A stretch of DNA of 58,624 nt, the filler included, from Sphacelaria rigidula (Eukaryota), in assembly GCA_964200075.2 (NCBI GenBank). It is 4 parts of 4 records of this genome, joined end to end, with 100 filler letters (N's around TTAATTAATTAA, not from the genome) between each part and the next. Parts side by side here need not be neighbours in the genome. Positions count along the whole stretch, not along the records: positions 44,045 to 58,624 come from CAXNAA020002167.1; 3 more parts are not named here. One strand, 5' to 3'. Positions within the stretch are counted from its first letter, which is position 1; each line of letters begins with the position of its first letter. Both the position numbers and the translations under genes were made by a program. The notes beneath the pieces were generated by a model. It did not search any database, was not told the DNA's origin, and saw only the letters and a program-made list of their open reading frames with translations. Positions 49,066 through 58,624 of this stretch are shown here, piece after piece.

Positions 49066-50806
49066 AGGCGTGACGAGGCGTGATGCTTGTCGTCACACTG
49101 GTTGGTGTATGTACCGTACAGTGAGCATGCTGCTATCGTCTGTGCATGCGTTCGTAAGCATACAACTTCGTACTGAAGCTATATGTAACGTGTGTCCATA
49201 GTTGCACAGCGGGTATCACTGTGTTGTACTGCTTTAGTAGTGCACCGTACGCTGTTGGTACTGTCAAATGGAAACCTGATTATACTGTATAATGGTCCAA
49301 AGGTGTTTTGGCAAATATGAAGAAATATAAACCATCCGTTTAGCAAATCTTGAGTATGTTACTACCATGATCCGCCGTTCCCGGCCCGGGGGGGAAACAC
49401 CTGCTTCGATACGCTCCGAAATCCGTGGTATGCACGGTAAAGCGGCGACTTCGGTGCTAGATTCCCTACTACAGACGGCACGCAGTGCGCCCCAACTTAT
49501 ACCAGTGCGTTCCTACACCCGAGTCGCTGGGAACGGCCAGAGCGGTTTTCTGGGCCCCACGATCAAATTTTGGGCAGGATGCACTGTGCCCTTTTTTTCT
49601 GATGGTATCCTGCCCGCGGCTCGAAGCTGGTTCGCGAGGGCAATCGGACCCCGCCGTTCCAAGTGGCTATCAAAATCTCGAAGGAGTTGCCAAGAAAGCT
49701 ATCCTCAAGTATGGACGCATTTAAAAGTTGTGTTGAGTTGATAATTGACCTGCAATGTACCGTGTCAAAGCTAAACCGAGAATCAAACAATCGTTTGTTG
49801 ATGTCAAAAGAAGTGTCTGGTGTCTGCACGAAACAATGGCATGTTGCTGAAAATCCGCGTATGTAACCGTAGGGTTATGAGTAAGACCGAAAGTTCATCC
49901 AAATCATTTCCAGGTGCAGGGTGCGCATTACGTAATGTACCTCTGATGTAGCAAGCAGTATGTGTCGCCGTAGAGAGCTTTCAACAGGATGCGGCGACCG
50001 GCGGGCCGCCCGCCACTTGTGGCTCTGGATGATATTATTGTCCCCATCACCTTGCCTCATAGCCCTTTGTGGTCGGGGTGGGCCGCCATTTTCCTCTCTG
50101 TTGCATGCGGCAAATTCGCTTCGAAGGGTATAGTCGTCGCGGCGCACATACGTACGGTACAGTACAGTGCAGTACGCCTCTCCGACTGCAGCAGCAGCTG
50201 CCGCTGCATACTCCCTTGCACGTTCTGGGCAGTTCTCAGCGACGGAGATCAGCTGCCTATACGGCCTATACACGGCTTGTTCATGCCCGCCCACTACATA
50301 CATGTTCACAGTCTTCTGCAAGTCATCGGCAGAGGGATACGCAGAATTCATGACGGTAGCTCTTTTTGTCTTTCCACAGGTTTAGTACCTCGTGAAATGA
50401 CCACATTGTGGCATGTACACTCCTTCCCGGTGTTTCCCACTCCACCCTGTGTTGGTATAATTACTATCTTTTAGTAAAGGCTGGCGACCCAAAAAAACTC
50501 CCGGGAGATCCCCGGAACGCTATTCTGAATGCAAGTAATACGATGAGCCATGCTCCGAGCATCCTGGCTCCGGAAACCTGGGAAGGCTTATCTGGGCCAG
50601 GGATGGGCCCCCACACGATACTTGTAGTGACATCACACTCGGCAACAGTCCCCGCGCTGGTCGTTCGGGTCTGGTCGATAAATTTCGCCTCGCCGTGATT
50701 GGGCAGGTCGCTCCCTGACTGTTTTTTTTTAATTTCACCAACATATGGTCAACCCCGTGTTAGTGGGAGTCGGTCTCATAAGGGTTAATAATAATGGCGA
50801 GTACTC

Positions 50807-50940
50807 GAGTCATTGCTAGTTGTGGAAAAAAAGTAATGACTCGAGCGCACGAGTCATTGCTCGTCGTGAAAAGAAGTAATACTCGAGCACACGAGTCATT
50901 GCTCGTTGTAAAAAAAGTAATGACTCGAGTACACGAGTCA
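50807..50940. repeat. Tandem 42-44-bp units, each internally palindromic
   Basis: GAGTCAT at 50807, 50851, 50893 and 50935. Each unit reads GAGTCATTGCT..AGTAAT(G)ACTC. Confidence 0.85.
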
Positions 50941-51030
50941 TGTTCGTTGTGTTTTCAAAATACATCCACACGTGCACTCGTTTTGACGACTAAGGACTCG
51001 TCCGATCGAAGTACCCGGTTTCCACCGTCG

Positions 51031-51230
51031 AAAGCGTGAGTACGTGAGTAAACGAAGTAGTTGACTGTGTTGACTGAGTTTGTTTGAGGAGAGTTGATGC
51101 GGTGCGGGAGTGCTGGTCATGATCCAATCCGCGAGACCAAAATGCAAGGCGTGTGTCGAGGAGAGTTGTGTTGATCCCGTGAGACCACGGACTTGTCTCG
51201 AGGAAGGGCAAGAGTTCAAAGTGCGACACA
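51031..51230 (+). repeat. Dispersed ~200-bp repeat, second copy 52807-52998
   Basis: Shared AAAGCGTGAG..GACTGAGT..AATGCA..GGCGTGT..GAGACCACGGA..CGAGGAA..AAAGTG blocks. Confidence 0.75.
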
Positions 51231-51713
51231 TGAAGAATTAATGAACAAAAGCAAGCAGAACGCCGGCGTTAGCAGCCGATGCGACTACGAAACAACGGCG
51301 TTTGCTCAACCTTCAACATACTGTGAATCATATCAGTTGCCATGCAGCCTTCGTTTTTTTTTTTGAGTACGACAACTTACCTTGCTTCCTGTGAGAACAG
51401 TACTCTGCATTCAACACAACAGACTGCATTTCAGCTTATTCAGTACACCTTACAGTACCGCACCGGCATGAAATCTGTCCGTTTTATGTCGTCTTGGTAG
51501 CGAATATATGTGCTATTGGAATGTGCTGTATGAGTGCATGTGCTTCCTTCTATATATATGCTCATATTTCGAGCAACCTGTTCCCGCAATGATCTGGACA
51601 CGGGCACGCTTGTCGAATCACAAGTCTGTCGCCGCTCACCGGTGGTGTAACCCTTTAGGGATCCTCTGCCCCACAACCGTGTGTTGGCGGCAGGTGTCCA
51701 CTTGTGTCGTTAA

Positions 51714-52558
51714 CCCTTAGACTGCGAAAGTAGGTCACCATCTGTTGAATTGGCATGAAGTTCACATAAAAAAATTAGGCATGATCCAGATGGACTACCC
51801 GCATCGCGGTCTCAGGGTCAACCCTTAGACAGCGAGCCTTGCCTCGCAACAGTTTCACAGACTGACTGTCCGGAGACATTCGGGGGTTTCCAGTGGCCGG
51901 GGGAGGTGGTTTTTGAGCGGGGGGGGGTGTCTGTCCGCAGTGGAGCCGAAAAGCTCACCAAGTCAACCATGTATGTTTGGAAGTTTCTCGCGGGAGATCC
52001 TAAACCAGGAACGAGGCCCGAGAGGCGCGAAATGACCATTCTGACCAATCACGGCCGTCAAAATGAGCACGCAGTTCCCCTACAGGTGCACTGCTTCGCT
52101 GTCCAATGCCATTTCTCATTTTGATCATACCAATTTAACCATTGATTACATGGGTACATATGACTTGTTTTTTACTCTGCTTGAGGTCTGTGCCGCCTGT
52201 CTGACGCCTCATGTGTTGCCAGCTTGGCTCCACACTGTCTCTAGTGTTGTTTTTGAATACTAAGCAGAGGCATCCGCAGCATGCAGTAAATTGTGATCAC
52301 TGGAGAGCGATGGCACGCTGACTCTTTCTTGCCGTTGTATCCAGCGGGGACATACCGCACACACACTGACTCTCTAGGCTTTTGACTGTACGGTCAAAAC
52401 CGGTCAGGGGTTCTCCAGAACTATTTTCTATATCGACGTCCGGCATCCACATAATTATGAAAAAATGCGATTTGTCTAGCGGAAAAAAAAGCTGTCCTGA
52501 ACCTCGGATGTGGCATGGTCCAACTCAGTCCACCTGCAGGGGGGTCTCGGTCTAAGGG
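51714..52558. mobile_element. piggyBac-like MITE (51714-51817) plus 737-bp piggyBac-like element (51822-52558), nested in a hairpin repeat
   Basis: TTAA|CCCTTAGAC..GTCTCAGGG|TCAA|CCCTTAGAC...GTCTAAGGG|TCAA. The flanks reconstitute the GGCAGGTGTCCA hairpin arm. Confidence 0.8.
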
Positions 52559-53792
52559 TCAAGTAAAAATGATGCTGCAGGGACCTTTTTGGGAATCGGT
52601 ATAATTTTTACTTGAGAACAACACAAATGGACACCTGCCGCTAACACATGACTGTGAGGGGAAAGTGCCACAAACAGAACATTATGGGGAGTCCGGTCCC
52701 AAAAGGGTGAACTGTTCAAATGTCCATCAGGGTCGGAAAGAACGCACGTTCGATTTCCGCCAGACGCGTGCGTTTTTTCTTCGAAGCATCTGATATCCAA
52801 CCATAAAAAGCGTGAGGAAGTGAGGGAGTGAGCAACAAAAAGTTCGACTGAGTATGTTTGACGAGACTTGACGCCGTGAGGGAGTGGTGATCCCGCTCGC
52901 GAGGCCAGAATGCAGGGCGTGTACTGCGGGAAAGATGGGTTGATCCTGAGACCACGGATTCGTCCCGAGGAAAAGGGCAAGCGTGGAAAGTGTCCACAAA
53001 ATTAAGAAGAATCTAGGTGTATGTGGTGGGGGGGGGGCATACTCATCAAAAAGGATCTAGGGGGCGTACTCATTTGTTGCTTGCCTTAGTCATAGAAGGA
53101 TCTAGGGGAGGGGTTGAAATTGTGAAGAGGAAATAGAGTAACCACGCAAGCAAGCGCCCACGCTCTTCGAGCTTGGAGCGTGCTCCACGCATGCTCTGTT
53201 GGTACACGTTGCGGCAATTGTCACATGTCAACGTTTGGCCGATTTGATGCGTCCAGCGCCCTAGAATTTCACACTAGACCGGAGGGGAGGGGAGGGGTGG
53301 AGGGAGCGGGAGGGGCGTACTTATTTGTTGCTTGCCTTAGTTTGATCATTGGCCACGTATCCCTTTCCGGACGGGGCATATGGGGAATGAGAGAGAGGGG
53401 GCAGGGAGGTTGGACCTTCCGCCCATGCCGAGATCATCACTCTGTGACGACAGGATCACCTTACTGCAGTGAAGAGCCACCGTTAGGGGTTAGTGAGTTG
53501 AAGGCGTTCAGTGCCGTTATTCACAGCACTACATATTCCTGTACACCTGATATACTGTTGCTAGTTGTCCGATCCAGCGACCAACTTAGCCCCACCATAT
53601 TTATCAACTTTTGGTTGAGTTGTACCCCGGCATTTGACTCGTAAAGAGTGGCTACATGCATCCAGCACACCTGAAAACTACCGTCAGCTACCCAGTGAGT
53701 TTACCGTTACCTCCCCGCCCCCGCACCCCCTCCGCGCACACTGTCCATGCTATTTCGTTTTTCACCCCATCCTCGCGATTTATTTTGTGCAG

Positions 53793-53867
53793 GAATAGAT
53801 TGGCCGCGATCATCCTCCTGCCGTCTGCTGCCGACCAGCTGCCCCTCCCATTCCGAGCGCTGGCCCA
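53793..53867 (+). CDS. Exon, uncharacterised membrane protein (NRLAAIILL..RALAQ)
   Basis: TTTTGTGCAG acceptor and CA|GTGAGT donor. Phase-2 junction makes CAG with 54260. Confidence 0.65.
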
Positions 53868-54259
53868 GTGAGTATGGACGTAATTCACTGGGGGCGCATA
53901 TTTACTCTCCGCTTCGATGCGGTGGGAGGCCCCCATACGGGATAGCCCGCAAAAAAAGTAGATGTGCGTTATGTAGCAGGCTCTCCATTTTTGCGAAATA
54001 TGCATCCGAGAGAACATGCCCGTCGACCAACACGCAGGAGGATGGACCAGTCGAACCCCCTTGAACGTAGTTCTCGATGCTGTGGCTCACGCGTTGCACC
54101 CCCGAGGAGAGGCTAGTAGCTCGTCCAAGGAAGGTTGATCTTCACATATTTAATCAACCAGAGATATATGTCCACATACATTTTCCGTCATGTGTCCCCT
54201 TTCTTGTCTTTCTCCCCCACCCCGCTCCCTTCCTCGCCACGCCACGCTGTGTTACGCAG

Positions 54260-54497
54260 GAGCCCACAGTTTACTGTGGTCCTGGCGGGAGGTGGCTATT
54301 TGATCTTCCTTGTGCTTTTTCTACCGCTGTATGCGATCTCATTCATTCTCACGACGGCGGGGGCGTGCGCGGTGCTCATGGGAGTGATATACGCCAGCGG
54401 CAGGGGGCTAACGCAGACTATAAGCTACCCCGGTCAGTCCAAGCAGATTCAAAGGGAGCTAGAGACGGAGTACACCAAGATTGTCAGCACTCGTTTG
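54260..54497 (+). CDS. Exon with two predicted TM segments (SPQFTVVLAGGGYLIFLVLF..ISYPGQSKQIQRELETEY..RL)
   Basis: TTACGCAG acceptor, TTG|GTGAGA donor, hydrophobic open frame. Confidence 0.72.
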
Positions 54498-54559
54498 GTG
54501 AGACTTGCTACTCTTTCATCATCATGTGTGTATGAGTGCGCATGTTTTCGTCTGGAGTA

Positions 54560-56903
54560 CGAGCCGGGCGGGATTTAAGCTCTGAAAGCAATGTCTCATT
54601 GATACAGACAAGTTGGGCCGTGATCCGCATATCGTACTAATCGTCTGATCAACGGAAAGGTGCCCATGTGCTCAAAAGTCTTGGACAATTTTTTCTCGTT
54701 GATCAAGACCCATGTCTCGTAGTTTCTACACCATACGGAGATAGCGTCCATACTCAAGTCAAAATGTAACCCCGAGCGATATACACAGCGGATGGTGACG
54801 ATTTCTGGTGTGGACATTCTCTGTAGCACGGGAAGACGATCGATACGTTCACCTATTTCGAGATATGGCGCACATGAGGTTCCATACGATAATCAATATA
54901 TTACTAGCAGAGGCACTGAATGCACTAAATCTTGATCTCGCGTCTCAGTTTTTGAGAGTTGTGCTTTGAAATTTCGTGAGGAGAATCGCTAGTGCATAAT
55001 GAAGAGAAAAACAGCATTTTTTGTTCATTTTTTTTATGGGATTTTGAAGGAAATGGACAATGCCCTCGGACCTCATCTCACTTATTCAGCTAGATTTCAA
55101 GAATTGTGACTTGAAACTTATCTTGGAGAATCGCAAATGATACGAGCTGGTTCACGGTGAAACCTAAAAAACACTCATCGGCAAAATGTCACGCCGTTGT
55201 AAGGAGTTAGACCCTGAAATTCTGCACAAATGTTCTATGGGTCATTACGCAACTTTCGAAGAACAACTTTCCCCCCCCCTTTTTTCCTTCTTTCACCGTT
55301 TTTCGGGGGTCCTCATTTTTTCGCGAAAACATAGATCCAATCGGGCCCCCGTGAACCGGTAAACAAAAGTAAAGTAAAAAACCTCGTTCTTTCAAAGTTG
55401 TGCAATCACCCATAGAGCAGCTGTGCAAAATTTCAGGGTCTAACTCCTTAAAATGGCATGAGGTTTTTCCCTTATGTGCGATAAATCTCGGCGTTCCGCG
55501 GTGAAAGCGCAAGCTACTGGAGTTTTTGTACCAGAACGGTGTTTTTGGGCCTTCTTTGACGTGGAACATGAAAATTCAAGTATCAGTTGATCGATTTTTG
55601 CGACGAAATTCTGTGGGGCCCTTCCTTGGGCTATGCGGCGACAAATCGTGCGCGAAAAAATGGACAAACAAATAGTAGGGCCGGTTTTCCGGGGTCCCAG
55701 AATGGAAACTACTTCGAAAAACGGCGAAAAATTCAAGAAGTGAACAACACCTCGTCCGTAGAAAGTTTCGTAATGCTACATAGCATATTTGTGCAAAGTT
55801 TCAGGATCCAACTCCTAATAACGGCGTGAAAGTTTGCGCGTTTGTGGAGGACATGGGCTTGAAACATGCAACTCCTAACTACTTGGTTTTAGTATTGAAA
55901 CGTCTTTTGGGGTGAGTTTTACGTCAAGGCAAGAAAAAATGTATGAGCTTTTCGATTTTCTCCACCGAACTTTTTACATGTGTTCCTTGGACTATCGCGG
56001 GACGCATCATTTTTTACTTTTATTTCAGGGAATTCTGTACCGCCTTCCGGGGGTATTCATACTGGGACCCCCGGAAGCTGGCACAGAACGGAGGAGCCAT
56101 GAAATGTTGTCAAAAATACAATTTTTTTCACTCTGAGCATCAATATCTACGGAACAGCCAAGTTTGACGACGATCTGAGCTTTTGTACGACAAATATAGG
56201 GGACACCGTCACGAGACTCCGTGGGTTTTTCGGGCGTACCATTAGTGGAAATTAGACGACGCCAACACCCGACATCACCGAAACATCACGGTTTCGGGTG
56301 TAATTCGACCCCCGTCGTAAACGTTTTAAAAATATGTTTTTCTCGTTAGATTCCCGTGCCGATGACGGTTACTACGATTCGAAGCATGTGGAGATTGGGT
56401 GAAAATTGGGCTTGTAATTCGTAATTTCGATCTCGGAACAGTTTGAAAGGCGCTGATTGGTTGAGACACATTTTCGTCCATAGCGCCACCGCTATGGCCT
56501 TAGACAACAACCCCACTATGTCACCCTCTTCGTCTCTTCATTGCGGTCAGTACGATACCATATATGCGGCTATTGGGGCTAGCGAGGTCCCACACAAAAT
56601 TTTAACTCACAAGTTATCAAACCATTCGCAATGCTAGAATTTGGTGTGGACAATCAGTACGGCATGATGAAAAAAGGTATGCATGGACCCAAAGATTTTT
56701 TTTCATAAGTGAAAGGCAATGATCAGTTTTCGGGTTTCAGTAAAATGCCGTTTTATCATGAAGAAAAAATGGATCCACGCATACTTTTCATCATCATCAT
56801 GCTCTGTTGATTGTCCATGCCAAATTTTAGTTTCCAACCCTCAGTGCTAAATTGCGAATGGGCCTGCAAAAATCCAAATCCGCTTCTACGCTGGCCCAGC
56901 TCG
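54560..56903 (+). mobile_element. CGAGCTGGGC-family element (copy 3) carrying a nested ~1.4-kb insert, within an intron
   Basis: TA|CGAGCCGGGC left end and GCTGGCCCAGCTCG right end. 55393-56577 is the inverse of 6356-7566. Host similarity resumes at ~56581 (matches ~10444) with hairpin 56630-56840 like 27390-27643. Confidence 0.7.
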
Positions 56904-57538
56904 TGTTGGCCTTTGGTTCGTTTATGTTGTCGATGTTTGTGCTGGTGATGTATAAGACGACCGTGCTGTGTGGTGCGTACCACGTGGAGGAGGTAGTGTG
57001 TTGCTCACCCACTGCGTTGTGCTGTAGTGGCGAAGTTAGATCTGTAAAGATACATTTTTTCGTGACAACAGCACGCTGAAGTGAACGAGATGTTTTCGGT
57101 ACATGGATGGGGCAACTTTACTGTCGTACACATCCTCTTTTTGTTCAGCGAAGGTGCTAACTTTTTTCACGCAGTGTACGGTGATTCCAGAGAGGGGCAC
57201 GAATCGCAGAGACGGGCACAAGTATCCTTTCCTGTTGAAACGGGAGCCGACTCGTCTCGTCTGATGGTACGCCTCATTACTGGGTGAATAATCGTCTACG
57301 AAGGAACAGTAATTCTTCATGCCCAATGCTCAACGCAATGTCTGCGACAGAATCAAGAAGAACAAGCTCAAGTATCCGCACCGAAGCCTGACACTACCTC
57401 AACGACACCCCTCCCCCCACACCCTTGTGATCCTGTCCTCCGAAAACCTTGCACCTCCCCTGTTCTCAATCGCGTTGGTGTGTTTTGGTTTCGGCTCGGT
57501 AGACCTCTTTCGGCAACGAGCTGCGTGTGTGGCTTCAG

Positions 57539-57658
57539 CTGGTCCGGGATGTGACGGTGGTGCCGTCGGATATGAATCAGTTTCGTGCTTTGCAGATGGA
57601 ACTACGGGATCGCGGCCTGAAGGGGGATGTGTGGGTCATCACTCGAGCTCTAGAGGAA
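57539..57658 (+). CDS. Exon (LVRDVTVVPSD..VITRALEE)
   Basis: CTTCAG acceptor, GAA|GTGAGT donor, 120 nt phase 0. Confidence 0.7.
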
Positions 57659-58137
57659 GTGAGTTGCTGCTATTGCTGCTGCTGCTGCTGTTGTTGTTGT
57701 CGGCGTCGGCGGCGGCGGCGGCTGTGGTGTGTTGTCGATGTCGTTACATACTTGAGCCAGATGCTGCTATCGACACAATCCCCAGGCTGTGGTAGTGCGG
57801 CAAGATCGTTCAACGTGCGGACCCGTTCGTCACACTTGAGGTACGTTTGGCTGAAGTATTCCAGCGTGCCAAACGTACCTCAAGTGTGACAAACAGTTTG
57901 TAGCCTTTTGGAACTCGAATCTTTCACTGCCGGGGTCACCGTACTGCCTTTGGTAGGGCCCGGACCGCAGCCACTCGCCCTTCCCGGGTAATACTGATGT
58001 AGTAACACCTACTCGTGGGCCCCTACCCTATTTCTCCATATATGTCCTCCCTGCTGGGGTGACCTTGTTAACTCGACGTGCATTCATGCATTCACCACTT
58101 ACTGCTGCCGCCGCCACCGTCTCGATTTCATCGTCAG

Positions 58138-58436
58138 TTGACGGCTCAAGCCAACATATCGGTGGAGGTTGCTGGTGGGGGTAATGCCGGTGGCAGCGCT
58201 ATAGGCGCCGCGGGGGGTTCGGCGGCTGCGGCTGCCGTTGCAGCGGGTGGAGTGAATGCTTTGGCCCCTTCGGCGACAGCTGAGGCGGAAGCGCTGCTGG
58301 AGTGCGTCTCGGAGCTGTTGACCCTCCTCGCTGAGGCTTTGAGCATGACAAGCAAGCTGGCCGAGTGCCAAAACACGCAAGCGTTCGATCGCTTGAGACA
58401 AGGTTTGCTTTTACCCGGTGCCGGAGGGAACGACAG
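58138..58436 (+). CDS. Exon (LTAQANISVE..Gly/Ala-rich..GAGGND), gene continues beyond window
   Basis: CGTCAG acceptor, AG|GTGCGT donor, phase 0 start compatible with 57658. Confidence 0.7.
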
Positions 58437-58624
58437 GTGCGTGTAGTCCGCGCGTTCTGCAGGGCCGGGCGTGAGTGTGTAGGGTATATGTTTGTCTGTT
58501 GGGCACATGAACACGCGTCACGATTCGAGTCATGCCTGCGATGCGCGCTGGAAACGTGGGCAGTATGGACGTTCATACCCCCCCCCCCCCCGCCCCCGGC
58601 CCCCCCCCCCGCGCGCACAGCACC

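Noticed and set aside
50167..50385. ABCA-like TM segment or SWIM finger (LYGLYTACSCP..FCK)
   Set aside because: Short and ambiguous, contains a local duplication, and has no supporting neighbouring exons.
50807..50940. Mini CRISPR array
   Set aside because: Intervening sequences are similar to each other, so it is a tandem repeat.

Overview
Eukaryotic, intron-containing, transposon-saturated DNA, most plausibly from a brown alga or related stramenopile (inferred from the TE families and gene structure, not proven). The window is not one locus. Three identical 100-nt N/TTAATTAATTAA/N spacers join four segments of 14582, 14582, 14580 and 14580 bp, i.e. probably unlinked contigs sorted by length. 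Contig 1 (1-14582): last three exons of a spliced gene with a His-rich C-terminus, many foldback/MITE elements and a tRNA-derived SINE. Contig 2 (14683-29264): 5' half of a Ty3/Gypsy element whose Gag has an N-terminal RS domain and a CCCH zinc finger; a decayed, intron-containing Zisupton/KDZ-type transposase (CxC4-like cluster, SAP-like segment, catalytic motifs); another transposase-like fragment preceded by four ~303-bp tandem coding-like repeats; and piggyBac-like MITEs. Contig 3 (29365-43944): nested LTR retroelements, namely an LTR-gag-LTR unit interrupted by a Sola2-like MITE, a chromovirus integrase, an LTR with both PPT and PBS, and a long decayed Gypsy with chromo plus Tudor-like C-terminal modules. 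Contig 4 (44045-58624): nested MITEs and four frame-consistent exons of an uncharacterised membrane-protein gene. No rRNA, genuine tRNA or CRISPR array was found. Family assignments come from motif recognition by eye; no database search was run.
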